Below are positions 34,716 to 47,591 of a stretch of DNA of 64,000 nt, piece by piece (position 1 is the stretch's first letter; each line of letters begins with the position of its first letter). Under the pieces are notes generated by a model, which did no database searches, was not told where the DNA came from, and saw nothing but the letters and a program-made list of their open reading frames with translations. The translations under genes and the position numbers were made by a program. The DNA is from Lama guanicoe (taxonomy: Eukaryota): assembly GCA_013239625.1 (NCBI GenBank), contig MU053629.1, positions 833,567 through 897,566 on the forward strand, in the 5' to 3' direction.

Positions 34716-37009
34716 GAGGAAAAAGCCAGTATGTGGTGCTGTCTTTGATCTACATAGGAATGTATGACCCCTGGAAAGATCTTTGTCCTGAGTTAGGGGG
34801 TCCTCTCATTCTAATGTCAGCCCATGAATGCATCCTGGAGTTTGTGCACATCTTTTAAGCTCTCTGCCTCAGTTTCTTCTTGCAACATGAAGATAAAAAT
34901 AATTATCCAGCTTACTTCCTGAATTTATGAGAAGGTTAAAAAAGTTTATGAATGTATTTTGAAAGTTCTTCCAAAAAGTTAAAAATGTATAACTTATTTT
35001 TTTCTAAAGTACCAAGTACAGAATTTCTTTGAATTAAGCACAGTTGGCACCGTGGCCTTTGATTCATCAAAGCAGATCACTTCTCACGGGTGAGACTTTA
35101 ACTCATTAGAGCCACGTTCAGGGAGAAGCCCTGCGTGGCTTTCGTTCTCACTGCAGTGTACATGACTGATAGCAGAGCCTTTGCTGAGACAAGGTTTTGA
35201 CTGAGCGGAGGAGGGAGTGAGCACAGGCGCATTTGTGGGCTCAAGATGTGCCCTACAGAGGGGCACCTGAGAACACCAGAGACACACTTGGCCCCACTCA
35301 TCCGTAGCCTTTGGGCTGGTCTGGACACACAGTTGTTCTAGTTCCTGTGTCATGCTGTCCTCTCTGAGGACCAGCTGCCTCTATTACTTATAAATGGAGA
35401 GGCAAGAAGAGCTGGTTATTAGAAGGTATCTTGTTTCAGAAACAAGTGTGCTTTACAAACATTCCAGCAGCAGGCTGCCTAGTGTCCCCAGTCTACCCAA
35501 GTCCAGGACAAGTGTTCCTGCCCGTCTCCAGCCATCCATCTCTCCAGGCGGATCTACAAATCATCATGGAAGTTAAAGAGCTGCTGGTGGCCACAGCGCG
35601 TGATCCTGCTCCTCCCTCTCCCCCGTCAAAGCTCCCTGCCCCCGCGTCCCACAACCCCAGTTCCTCCTCTTGTCATCAGGTCCAGGTGATGAGCTCAAAG
35701 AATGCCCCAGAGCAAGCCAGGAATGTCTTTGTCTGGCTTGGCAAGTGGCTTCCCTGCTCTACAGTGGCCAGGAGATAGGGATGGAAAATTATTTTGGTTT
35801 CCTTCTGGAAATGACGACAGTGACCAGGGCCAGGCTCAAATCCTTTAACTGCCCTGAGGGAGATTTGCCTCCCTTCCGAGGACAAAAGGAGACTTGGTCA
35901 GGCTTGTTAGGGAAACCCAAGTATCTCCCAGCTGCCGTGTTCTACTCTCAGGACACGAAGGGAGGCCAGGAGGGCCGATCTGGGTGAGAATGAGTCTCAC
36001 TTGAGATCACTGCCTCTTTCCTCAGCTTTTCAAACATACCCCAAGCCTCTGCTACCATGGCTGTTGGAGCCCGACTTTCCCACTGGTGCCCCTTTTACGC
36101 ATTCAGGCATTGATGTGTGCCCGGCCCGCTGTGCTCACGGAGAGGAGAGAGGTCCAAGGGAGGAGCCCGACGCCCCATCCTCCAGTTTCACCTGCTGCGG
36201 TTCGAGGAGATGGGAGGGGAGTGGGGAGATGGCCACTGTCATATTGGCCCTGGGGAAATGCTTCAACCCCTGTGTGAAACGCTTTCCCTCAATGCCCCTC
36301 TGCAGAGGTGGAGCAGCCTGAAACCTTCTAAAGGGTTTCAAATAAAATCTAAGAGTACCATGAGGGAGAGGGAGGAGGAACGGAACTACTGTTTATTCGA
36401 CTGCTGTTTGTTTAACGAATATTTACTGAGCCAGTATTATGTGTCGACAATGGGAAAACAGTTGTAGAAGAGCCTCTCCCCTGAATTCATGGTCCGCAGG
36501 TTGCCAGGGAGCAGCAGCCCTCCCCCACCTCCCCTGCCCTTCCGCTGCCAGTATTATTAAAAAATGAAAAGCCTAACATAATTTGCTCTCCCATGTCAGC
36601 TAGGAGGACCGAAACTCCCACAGGCTGAAAGTGCACACTGAACAGGCATGATTAATTAGTAGTTGTCATGGAAAGGGAATGTCATTAATTACCCAATTTG
36701 AAACCGTTTTCAAGTCCACTACCACCAAAATTACATCCTGCAACTGTGGCATCAGAAAGCCTCCACACATGCTTGACTCCTATTTGAGTCATATAACACA
36801 CTACATATTATCTGCAAAACAATCAGCATGAGCAACTTGAGTGTGTGTGTGATGGGGCAGGAGAGGTGGTGCTCCGCACACTGAAGGTTGCCTGAGCACG
36901 TGGCCCATTACTGAAATCTAACACACAATTGTACATCCGTTTTGAAGTGCTGTTGAAGCCAGACCGTTGTCTAGTGGATGAAGCCTCCTATGGGCCCTGC
37001 CACCTGTGC

Positions 37010-37490
37010 AAGGCGCCCACATGACAAGTCGCCCCAAAATGTAGCAGCTTCAAATAACAATAACCATTTTACACATCTCACAGTTTCTGTGGGTTAGGAA
37101 TTTGGGGACAGCTCAGCTGGAGGTTTGGCTCAGGGTCTCCCCTGAAGTTGCAATCCAGTGTCAGGTGGGGTTGCATTGAAGGCTTGACTGGGGCTAGAGG
37201 ATCCGGATCCAAAGTGGCTCACTCTCATGACTGGTGAGTTGCTGCTGGCTTCTGGCCAGGGGTCTATTTCCCTCCATGTGGGCCTTTCTCTGGGGCATCC
37301 TGAGTGTCCTTAATATATAGCAGCTGGCTTCCTCCAGAGTGAGCAATACAAGAGACCAAAGGTGAGGTAAAGGCCTTTTAGGACCTAGCTTTGGTCCCAA
37401 TTGTCACTTTTACAATATTCTATTGGTCACACAGGCAGCCCTGACTCAGTGTGGGAAGGGCTCACACAAAGGCCTGAGTACCGGGAGATG
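37010..37490 (-). mobile_element. ERVL-MaLR solo LTR (MLT1H/I-like)
   Basis: CCCCAAAATGTAGCAGCTTCAAATAACAATAACCATTT..CTCACAGTTTCTGTGGGTTAGGAATTTGGGGACAGCTCAGCTGG...GGCTTGACTGGGGCTAGAGGATCC. Confidence 0.82.
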
Positions 37491-37779
37491 TAGCTCATCG
37501 GGCGCCATGCTGGATGCTGGCCGCCGCGCCCAGTGCTCCTCATCACAGATGCTCCTGCTCTCCAGCACAGGCAGGCAGCGGGGTACTCCCATTCAAGTCT
37601 CTGCGTACTGGAGTGAAGCTGTGTAAATAGATATGCTTTAGAGAATTTTGTAGTAATGAAATACACAATACCAAAACCCCATCGAATACCATTTGGACTG
37701 TTTTCAGGCATTCAGGGGTCTCTTGATTCCACTATCCATAGATAAGCACTGTTGACATTTCAGCATCTTAAAGATGTTT

Positions 37780-38650
37780 ATGTCTGTCCCATCTTAACCA
37801 AACCTTTCCTTATCCCCTGTTCCCCGTCAGCTGTTACCTCTCTTATCACCTTCACAGCCTAGCTTCTTAAACAACTTGGCTAAACTTCTCACTTCCCAGT
37901 TTCTCCTCACACCACTTGATCTGGCTTCAGTCCCCACTATCCCATGGGAATTGACTCTGCCAAAGTCACCCATGACCTTCTTGTTGCTAAATCCGATGGA
38001 CACTGTTAAGTCCCTTTCTTACCTGACCACAAATCTCCCTTCCCTGATTCTTCTCTTACCTCTCTGACTGCTCCTTATCATGTTCCATTCTGGGCTCCTG
38101 ATCGCCTGTCCACTCCTTAAATGTTGGGGTTCCTCAAGCCTCTGTCCTAGACCCACTTCACTCTATACATGTTGCCAGACAATCTTGTCCATTTCCACAC
38201 CTTCATTTACCAACTATAAGCTAATGCTTTTGAAATCTATGCCTTTAGTTCAGATGTCTCTCCTGAGCTTCAGACCCACATAACCAACTGTGGGATGAGT
38301 ACCTTTGGTCAGGTCTCACACTCGACCTGTTGAAAACCAGATTGATCATTTCCCATCCCCGCATACCGGCTCCTCCAGTGTTCTCCTATCTCAGTAAATG
38401 CACCTTTGTCCACTCAGGTGCCCAAGCCAGAAACGCAGGCATTCGTCGTCCCTGACACCACTCTATCATTCATAGTTCACATTCATCGCTCACATTCATC
38501 AGTCACCACATCCTGGGGATTCTACCTCCAATATATCTCTAGAATCCATCCATCCACTTTCCTCCGTCCCTACCATCAGCTCTCTAACACCATTCACTAT
38601 CATTTCCTCAGCAGCTCTTAACTGGTCTCCAGTCTTGTCTCATAATTTAC
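37780..38650 (+). mobile_element. L2 LINE internal/3' fragment
   Basis: AAGTCACCCATGACCTTCTTGTTGCTAAATCCGATGGACA...CCTTAAATGTTGGGGTTCCTCA...CTCTCCTGAGCTTCAGACC...CTATCTCAGTAAATG..CCCAAGCCAGAAAC. Confidence 0.85.
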
Positions 38651-39504
38651 TTAACCACTCTTCTATCACGGGATGTTAGGTTTCTTGTACATGATTATCT
38701 TTTAAAACAATTTTTTTGGTCACCTGATTTCTTTGTCAGGTTGAGTTTTGATTTCATGATGTTTAATATATTTGATTCCAAGGTATGCTTTAGAAATAAA
38801 GAATCAGGAATAAGCATCTGATCCCCTTCTGTACAGACCAAATCTGTCTCCAGAGTCCTGTGCGGTCTTGATTCCAGGGGAATGCATTTCAGTGTGTTCC
38901 CATGAGTGGACTCACCATTCTTCAGCCTAACCATCAAAGCCCTCTGTAACCCCGTCCAGATGCATCCTGCCAGCCACGTTCCCACCCACACACTCTTCCA
39001 TTCTCTTAGGCATCTGGCTGTTCCTTCATCGAGTATTTACTTAGTACATATAAGGCATTATGCTAAGAGATAACTTCACTGTAACAGGTCTGTACCTGCA
39101 TGGCATGCTTCACCCCAGCTCCAAGCTGCATGTGATTTCTGATTCTGGCCCTTCGCTCATCACCACCCCACTACCCAGAATGTCCTCTTTCATCCCCTTC
39201 CCGATAGCCAAGTCTTTCCCATCCTTTGATGTAAGCCCACCTTCACTGACCATCCCAGTCCACAAGGACCCGTATACCTTTTGTACCTCTTCTGTCATTT
39301 CAAAATGTAATTGACCTATCTCTCATTGCTATTTAATTATTTCTCATATCTATAGTTCTGATGATAGCAATCCTCAGCTGTATCAATACTGTCTCCTCGT
39401 CTAGACTTAAACCCCTGGTGACTCAGAATCATATTACACTTTTTTTTTCTTTTCCAGGGAGTTACTTAAGTAGGAAATTACTTGTTAATAACTGGTTAAT
39501 TAAC

Positions 39505-39655
39505 TAGTTAATTATTTTACTTCTCTGAGCCTTGAGGTCCTCATATCTAAGACTGGATAGTAATTCCAACATTAAGGGGTGGTTGTGAGAATTGAATGTG
39601 ATAGACGAGAAAAGGTGCCTGGCTCACAGAAGGTACCCAATAAATGTTAGTTCCC
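39505..39655 (+). mobile_element. MIR SINE 3' half
   Basis: TTACTTCTCTGAGCCTTG...GGTTGTGAGAATTGAATGTGATA...GTGCCTGGCTCACAG..AATAAATGTTAG. Confidence 0.75.
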
Positions 39656-40599
39656 ATCCCTCCAACATCTAATCCTGGGCTGAAAACACACTAACTAAAA
39701 GTAATTATTTGCAAAATGAATGAATGACAAAGAGCTGGAAGAATGAAATAATGCATTCTGGACACACCAGAGGGGCTGTGTCAGAGAAATAGACGGACTT
39801 CCCTTGGCTGGCATGGGAGCGCCTTCTGCCAGAAGGTAGACTGTGGAGGATGGATTTCCTGCTTGGCTCTGAGATCACGCAACATTGGGAAATCAAGTTT
39901 GATTTGGGTGTTTCTGCTGCAGCCAGCTAATTTTTGTAAGTTTGACTGAATTTGTGATCTGTTAGAATTCCCAGAAGAAAGTAGCAGGCACGTGTTTCTT
40001 ATAAACGGAAAAGAAATTCTCGTGTAAATTAATTTTCGCTGGCATAGACCTGGCTCGGGGCTCTGTAAGAAATGAGAATATGTTGGTTTCAGAGCCCAGG
40101 CTATAAACATTCATCCCCTCACTGTCACTGGTGTTTGGAGAAACTTCTTTCTCACTAATGGTCATTCCATTTGTTTTGAAAAAGACATAAAACTATCTGA
40201 AAAGCAGTGAAGTCATGATAGAAAAGGCCTTTGGGGAGGGGGGTGCTAAGAGAATGGAGCGTCATCTCCAGATGGTAACCATTTGGTTTTCAAGTGTCAT
40301 ACGTTGAGTTCATGGTACAAGTTTGCGTTCTCTGTGGAGAGAATGACTCTGTAGTCAGCAGCGGTCATCAGTGACAATTCACCCCTCTTCTCCTGTCTTC
40401 ACTGCCAGAAGTGACAGAGGTGACAGAGATCTCTCCGGTATTTCTCTCATCCCCTTCTCCCTTCCCCATTCCCTTCGCTTCCCCATCCCTAACAGACCTC
40501 CCCATAACCCCACACCATGTCTTCTCAACTATGTGGAATGTTCCTGAAGAAGGGGGGTCATGGTTAGGGGCTTCGGTCTTGGCACACTGATACTCCATA

Positions 40600-41115
40600 A
40601 GTGTGTAAGTCCGTGGAACTCTAAGGGATCTGTGGATAGAATTCAAAGAGTCCGTGCATTTGGATGGAAAGAGTCAATGTCTGTTTTCACTCCTAACTGA
40701 AAGTTAGCATTTCCTTCAGTTATGAAACATGCCACAGTAATGCTGGCAGTGTCTGACTTTTTCAGCAAAGAAATCATATTCATTTCTGTATCTTACTATA
40801 GTTATTGCAGAAATCTCAAAATATCATTTACTTTCAACACTACTTCAAGATTACTGTAAAATTATCACATTTTAAGTAAAAAATTACCTGCCACCAGAGC
40901 TTGTTATTTGATGCATTTAGAAGCATATCTGTTATTATGTCAGATATTTATTCTCTTTTCAATTATGTTGAAAGCTATATCAGCATAATTGGTTTCTTTT
41001 GTAATCCTTAGTATTTTGTTTTATGCATGTAAAAACATCCTCTTGAGAGGGAAATCTACAGGCTTCTTTAAACTGTTAAAGGGGCTACAGCACAAAAAAG
41101 GTTAAGAACTCGGGT
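40600..41115. mobile_element. hAT-Charlie (Charlie4-like) DNA transposon
   Basis: GGGATCTGTGGATAGAATTCAAAGAGTCCGTG..TTGGATGG...AACTGAAAGTTAGCATTTCCTTCA...CACAAAAAAGGTTAAGAAC. Confidence 0.7.
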
Positions 41116-41289
41116 CTAGTCCCTGGAAACACAAGGTCTGCGTCACATCAAATTCCAGGATCTCTGAGAAAGATAGTGAAGACTCATTACGACATGGAGG
41201 GAAAGAAAACGGTGATTGATTAGCCATGTCTGTCAGGGGCACAATATGGAGAAGAGTGGTAGAGTGGAATTGTCTATTTCCAGTCTAGG

Positions 41290-41500
41290 CCAGTGCTGCA
41301 AATACAACGGTCTTCAATAATGGAAATGTTTTATCGGCACTGCCCATTATGGTGGCCACTAGCCATACATGGCTTTTGAACACTTGAAATGTGGCTGGGG
41401 CTACTGCAATTTTGAATGTTTAAATTCTACTTAATTTTAATTGATTTACATTTAAATAGCCACCTGTGGCTCGTAACTGCTACATTGGACACTACAGCTC
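41290..41500. mobile_element. MER3-like hAT MITE
   Basis: ATAATGGAAATGTTTTAT...TATGGTGGCCACTAGCCATACATGGCT..ACTTGAAATGTGGCT...TTTAAATAGCCACCTGTGGCTCGTAACT; homologous to 9582-9787. Confidence 0.85.
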
Positions 41501-42504
41501 TACATTAATCCCATACATACCACCTACCCAGGTTACCTCCCACCCCAGCCCACCTCTTCTCATGGAGGAGGAACCTGGACCCAGAGAGAGACGGTCCTTG
41601 CCAAAGGTCAGTGGACCCGTTTGTGACAAACCCAGACCAATATCCCATATCTCTCTGCTTGCCAGTTTGGATTTTTCTCTTATATGTAGCATTCTGTCAT
41701 TTAGCAGAATGCTCGTTCCCTGGACAATGCACAAATACACCACGAGAGAAGAACTAATCCAAAATTACATATGACCTTTTAATAAAACAAGACAAGGTGC
41801 TGTCTGTTCATTGCAGCAAGGTCTGATTCACTGGCTCCCTTTTTGTTATGTTAGTTTGAAGGACAAGGGGTGGGAAGAGGAATTATTTTGCTTTTTTTGG
41901 TCTGCTAATTTGTCTTAAGAAAATGCTCACAGGCATTCTGGATAAAAGCATATTGCTCGCTATTTTGCAGTCTCCAAACATTTAAGAAACCTTCTCTAAG
42001 CTAGACTGTTTCACTGGGATGATTCACTGCCCTGAGCAGGTCTCCATTTGGATTCAGGTTGGAGAATATGGACTTTACTGTGCCTCTACTCTCAGTTTGC
42101 CAGAGGGGCCTGTGTTGATGAAGAATTCGTGGTGGAAAGTCCTGGCCTGAGGAGGGCATGGATTCTGATGAGGTCATGGGGAGAGAATGCCTTCCTCAGC
42201 AGAGGTGGGAGCCTGGGACGGCCGCCAGGAGTGCGGTCTGGCCAGCACAGGCCCTGGGACAGAGGAAAAGGAAGCGTGCACTTGCTCTGCACATTAGAAA
42301 TCTTCGGGGGTCTCAACAAGCGGCTTCATAGTTTCACCCTCTGCAGGCTCAAGCCTCAGAAAAAACAAACAAACAATGGGCCCTTCTCCTCTCCTGGCTG
42401 GGAGAGGGTTTAAACTTGAGCTGACTTTGACGGTCTGACCGCACGACTCAAAACATTCATAGACAGCAGAACTGCCCAGCACACTGATTATAATGTTTTC
42501 TAAA

Positions 42505-42668
42505 GCTTTGGTGGTATATAAACAATTGTCAGAGGTTTCGCATTGTGGACCAGCAGGCCCTTCTCCAGACACGCTGAATCAGAATTTTAGAGGAGATGTC
42601 CTGGGTGTCTAGGTTTTCAGCAAAGCTCCCAGCTGATTCTGACATGCAGTTAGATGTCAAAAATTCTA
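42505..42668. mobile_element. MER5-family hAT MITE
   Basis: CTGAATCAGAATTTTAG...TTTTCAGCAAAGCTCCCAGCTGATTCTGACATGCAG. Confidence 0.65.
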
Positions 42669-42778
42669 GCCTCAAGGATGACACCCGTGCCCTTAATCCT
42701 GGCATCCAAGGCCTCTGGAGCGGGCCCTACTCTATACGCAGAGCATGATAGTGGGAAACATGCTAATTGTGTAGTCAC

Positions 42779-43217
42779 TGTCAACTGAAAAAAATGCGCA
42801 ATCTGAAAGTGGAGAGTTATGCTTTATCCAGGGACCGTACTGAGGAGTGTACCCTGGATGCAGCCTCTCAGATAGCTCTGGGAGCTTTGGAACCGTTCCA
42901 AAGAGGTCAGGGAGGAGCCAAGATATATAGGAGTTTCTGCTGGAAAAAAAAAATGTACTCAAACATTAAAAGATTACTGCTAATCTGAAAAAAGACATCT
43001 CAAGTTAATGATGTTAGTGCTTTTCTATGTATGGGCAGTTGCAAGAGGCTGGGCTCATTGAAATCATTCCTTTGATACGCATCTTAACTGTCTAGGGCCT
43101 GTATCTAGTTCCTCTGCACCCCGAATTCACCTTAGGGTGCACCATCGGGGATGGCTGCAGTGGCTGATGACAGGCAATTTTCGTTGTTTACCAGAATAGC
43201 CGGAATAGCAGGCGACA
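42779..43217 (-). mobile_element. ERV1 solo LTR, MER41-like (artiodactyl type)
   Basis: TG start TGTCAACTGAAAAAAATGCGCAATCTGAAAGTGGAGAGTTATG..., CAGCCTCTCAGATAGCTCTG, CATCTCAAGTTAATGA..AGTGCTTTTCTATGTATGGG, CATTGAAATCATTCCTTTGATA; CA end. Right boundary uncertain by ~10 bp. Confidence 0.78.
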
Positions 43218-43244
43218 GTCATTCCACGTAGTGACTGATATAAA

Positions 43245-43460
43245 TAACAACAGCTACCACTCACTGGGTGCCTGCCGCGTGTGAGGGATCGGGCTGAGAG
43301 CTTTAACTGACTCACCATTTAATCTGCACCTTAGCCCTGTTGTTACCATTTTGCAGATAATAAATTGAGGTTTAGAGTGGTTAAATAATTTGTCCAGGGA
43401 CACACAGTCAGGAAGTGTAGAAATGGAACTCAGACTGAGCTCTATCAAATTCCAAAGTCC
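43245..43460 (-). mobile_element. MIR SINE
   Basis: CCATTTTGCAGATAATAAATTGAGGTTTAGAGTGGTTAAATAATTTGTCCAGGGACACACAG. Confidence 0.8.
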
Positions 43461-43471
43461 ACGCACTAGAG

Positions 43472-43580
43472 CTAGGGGCGGTCCCAGTTTGCCCGGGACT
43501 GAACGGCTCCCTAACACAGGCGTGTTCTGTGCGAAAGCCAGGACAGGGCTGGGCACACCGAGACAAGCTGGCTACTCTAT
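43472..43580. mobile_element. MER81/MER94-like hAT-Blackjack MITE
   Basis: TAGGGGCGGTCCCAGTTTGCCCGGGACTG...GCCAGGACAGGGCTGGGCACACCGAGACAAGCTGGCTACTCTA. Confidence 0.65.
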
Positions 43581-46259
43581 CTCAACTTGGAGATCAAGGC
43601 TCAGGCCCACTACTTGTGACCCTGTGACACGGGCAAACCTGCACACCCGCAGGTCTCCCGGGTTCCTCATCTGAAATGATGGTGGTAATTCCGATGAGAA
43701 GGTGGCTGGTGGCTGTGAGCACTGGATGAGACAGTGCCTGTACCAACACCCAGCTGTGGACCTGGCACTGAAGGAAAAGGTTCCCCTGCAGGCCCACCTG
43801 GTGAAGCCCTGCTTTGCGTTGCCCGATATGTGTTTATTGCAAATCTAGAAAATTCTCAAATAATTCTTCTCCCCCATTCCCTCCATCCTCCTCTTCTGGA
43901 ACTCCTATCCAATTAAATACATATTAGCATCTCTCAATCAAGCCTAAAGGTCTTGATGTTCTCTTTCCTGTTTTAAAAATATTTTGTGTGTACTCTGGGG
44001 GAGGTCCTTGGTCCTTTCATTCATTCTTTCTTCAACTATACCCAACAAATCCTGATGTTGATTACTGAGCTTATCGATAACTACATTCTCATTCACAGAA
44101 TTGGTAGCTGGTGGCTTCATACCCATTGCTCTTGCCTCCTATCAGACTGCTTTTTGTTTTACGAAGGGCTTAGGTTTCTCAAGTTTATCTCTCCTTGGAT
44201 CTCTTTGAAACCCTTCTCCCATCTGTTGATTTTGGTGACCATATTTCGCAGCCTCCCTGTGCTTCCCGGTTTGGAATTTAGGTTGGCAGGTGCCTCTGGA
44301 GCTGGAGCTTGCTGTGTTTCGTGGTGTGTTTTTCCTCCCTCTCTGGTCACCCCTCTCCCTCTCGCTGTCATGTTGTCTCTACTCTTACCCAGTGGCCCCA
44401 GTTCAGAAGCAAGTCTAATATTGGTGACTCTGGGTTCTCCCTAGGGCTGACTCTGCCAAGGTGACGGATCTGGGCACAGAGTCGAGGCTGGCACTGCCCA
44501 GGACCTGGCGACCTCGCCAGATCTGCTTCCTTCTGCCTCTCTCAGAATGCAGCTTCAGCGAGGTGATACCCTGGGCAGGGGTCCCTGCTTCCCTTCAGTC
44601 TCCTTCCACATGTAGGGGGCCAGGCTCTTGTCCCTACCTGACTTAGGGTACCTTTACTCCCCTTTATGTCAAAGGAGCCAAAATGGCCAGTGTTCCCCAC
44701 CTGGTCCCAGACCCAGAGCCGTGCACCCCAGCCTCATCTACCCCTAATCACTTGTGTCCTGTGCTGTTTCTTGAACACTGGGATGTTTTGTGTCTAAGTG
44801 CTCCTGTGCCTTTTTGGTTTTTCTAGTCTTTCTTTACTCAGCACTTGAGAACAGAGGGTCCTGAAAGGAGTGTCTGACAAAGCTATCTTGACTTAGGCAT
44901 TTCCCTGAAATTGTTTTAAAAGAAAATTAAAACCCAGGAAGATTCAAACTTCCTATGAATGTTTCCTTGGCACTTAAAACAAGAGCCCTGAGCAACCAAG
45001 AGAAAGAAATCAGAAGCCACACTGTGATGACAGCACTCTTATATGACTTGTCCCAGACCAACCCCAAGTCACCCACGATGGACGATGGAAGAGCCCTATG
45101 CTGGGACCTCAAGTGAGAATCTACTGTTAACTCTCTGCATGATCCTGGCTGCCAGTAATTGAGTTCCTTGTCTCTCCCTGTTAGGTTGAGACCTCCCTCC
45201 TCCACTTCTGAAAGCCTGTGATTCTCTGACCAAAGGGCAGCGTAGCCCCGTGTCCTGTGATCCCGGAGCAGGGTCCCAAGTATTCCCTTCTTCCCGACCC
45301 GCACCCTCAAATGACTGCCTGGCCACCACCTCCAGGGCTGCCATTCCAGATAACACAGCACTTAACAAAGTCTGTTTGGGTTCACAGAGGGAATTATTGC
45401 TCAAATGCTACTTATGCTTTTCATTTTTCTTCTTCCCTTCCCTCTGATCCAAACTTTAATGCCTAACTAGCATTTCAGAAAGTCCCAGTTCAGGGGTAAG
45501 GGGAAATAGGGATGACTGTCTCCGTTCCATAGAGGAAGTCATCGCAGCCAACAAAGGTTAAGGAACTTGGTCACTCAGCAAGTGGATAAGGCAGGTGCAT
45601 CTGCTTCTCGAGCCCCCACCCCACAGCACAGCATGCCGCTCCCCGGGCAGATGGAGGTGGTCCTCTGAGCAGCTGGCATAGTAACAAGTGTCTCCACAGT
45701 ATCTCTCCATCCCCACCGCTGGCTCTCGGAGCACTGCCTCAGTCAGCTGCAGATGCCTACGGGGTACTTACCAGCAACTCCAGCACCCACCCCAGGTTTA
45801 GGGCCAACTTTTTTTTACAAACATCCCACTAAATCAATTGGGGCTTTTATTGAAATCACAGGGTGCAAATTTTGCAGATCAAAATCTCATTCTCCACTCA
45901 CCATCACTTTACACTCAGGGCAGTGTTATAACCTCAGAGCAAGGCTCCTCTGCCAAGGAAAATAGCTCTCTACTTTCTGCTGTTTTCTTGGCATCATAAT
46001 TCCCAGCTCAGGGCAAAACTGCAAAGCTGGCAACTTTCATCCCCACCACCCCTGCTGGTTCTCTGCTCTGCTGTCTTTTCTCCCTCCAGAGGCTCTGTCA
46101 CCCTCATGTCCGCCTCTCATGTCCTTCTCACTCAAAGCAGCTCACACTGGAGAGGCCCAAGATTAGCATGGCAGCAAAAAGGGGACCGTTTCCCAGGGGA
46201 TTTGCAGATTAATGAGAATGCACCTGTGCACACGTGCACACCCAGAGACACACGATTCG

Positions 46260-47460
46260 TTGTGTTTATGATTAGCTGGTTAATACATGTCCATCATAGA
46301 AAATTTGAAAACTACAAAGAATAGAAAGAAGAAAGTCAAAACCCATAATCCAACCACCCAGACAAACCCCCATTAACTCTTTAATACATTTCCACCCAGT
46401 TCTTCATCATAGTGTGTATGTGTGCGTGCATTCTAGGGTCTTATACATTCTAGGCTCTGTTTCAAGGCTCTCTTGCTTTTTTTGCTCTGCCTGTCAATTT
46501 TCCCCAAATACCGCAAACATTATTAATGTTTTCTAATAGACTTTAATTTCTGATGGCTGGAATCTTCCATCATCACTTTTTTTTCCCATCATCACTTTTT
46601 TTTTCAGCATTTAAAAATTTATTCTCAACTATTTCTTTTTCCCAATAAATTTTAGATTCATTGTGATAGGCAATTAAATAAGCCATTGCCTCTTGGATTG
46701 CAAGTTTATTAAAATTATAAATTAATTGGGTAAAGTTGACATCCGTACCATATTTAAATTTTTCATCTGGAAATACTGTATGGCTATCTATTTAGTGAGG
46801 CCTTCTTTAATATCTTTCAATAAAGTAAAAATGTTTCCTTCAGGTGAGTCCCATACTCACCTGTTTAAACCTCAACAAATATATTTTTAAAAAATTTTTA
46901 TTGGACATTGGGATCTTTTGTTCTCTGCTTGCTTCTAATTTGAATTATTGGCTTGGAAAATTTATCCCACATCTAGCTCTTATTCTCTGAATAATTCTAA
47001 TATTTTATCAATGGATTCCCTCCTTTTCCTAGGAAGATAATTGTACCATCTGCAAATAATGATACTTTTGTCTTCTCCTTCCTATGTACGATTCCTTTTC
47101 ATGAATTACTATACAACTTCAAGAACCATGTTAAATAAAATCAGTAAATTCAGTGATCTTTCTTAATTTACTAGGGGTCTATCCCATTAAGGACTTATTT
47201 TTCTAATCATAGTTTTTTAGTCTTTTAAATCGGGAATGGATGTTGAAACTTCTCAGATATATTTTTCATTATCTTTTGAGATTATCATATTTTTTTCTTC
47301 TTTTACCTGTTGATATTAGAAATGACACTCATTATTTCCTAATACTAAAGTATCTTTACATTTCTAGAATCACACCTAACTTTTCCTGATGAAAATTTTA
47401 AGTGTACTATTGAATTTGATTCATGAATGTTGTGTTTAGGATTTTTACAGCTGCCATATG
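46260..47460 (-). mobile_element. Ancient L1M fragments (3' UTR and ORF2 RT region)
   Basis: ATACATGTCCATCATAGAAAATTTGAAAA; CCATCTGCAAATAATGATACTTTTGTCTTCTCCTTCC; GGAATGGATGTTGAAACTTCTCAGAT. Confidence 0.75.
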
Positions 47461-47591
47461 TACAAAGTGAAATGAGTTTACAGCTGCATGTCCCGAAGTC
47501 AGTTCCATGGAGCACTGTTGCTATGAATTATGCTGTCAGCAAAAGGCAGAGAAGGGAAGTTCTGTGTTGAAACTAATTTGGAAAATATTAC

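Noticed and set aside
35431..35778. 115-aa ORF with a protein-like stretch (DLQIIMEVKELLVATARDPAPP...)
   Set aside because: No recognisable family and no convincing in-frame splice acceptor/donor pair; a BLASTX or RNA-seq hit would be needed.
46567..46604. CCATCATCACTTTTTTTT repeated twice
   Set aside because: Real but trivial 19-bp slippage duplication in old L1 sequence.
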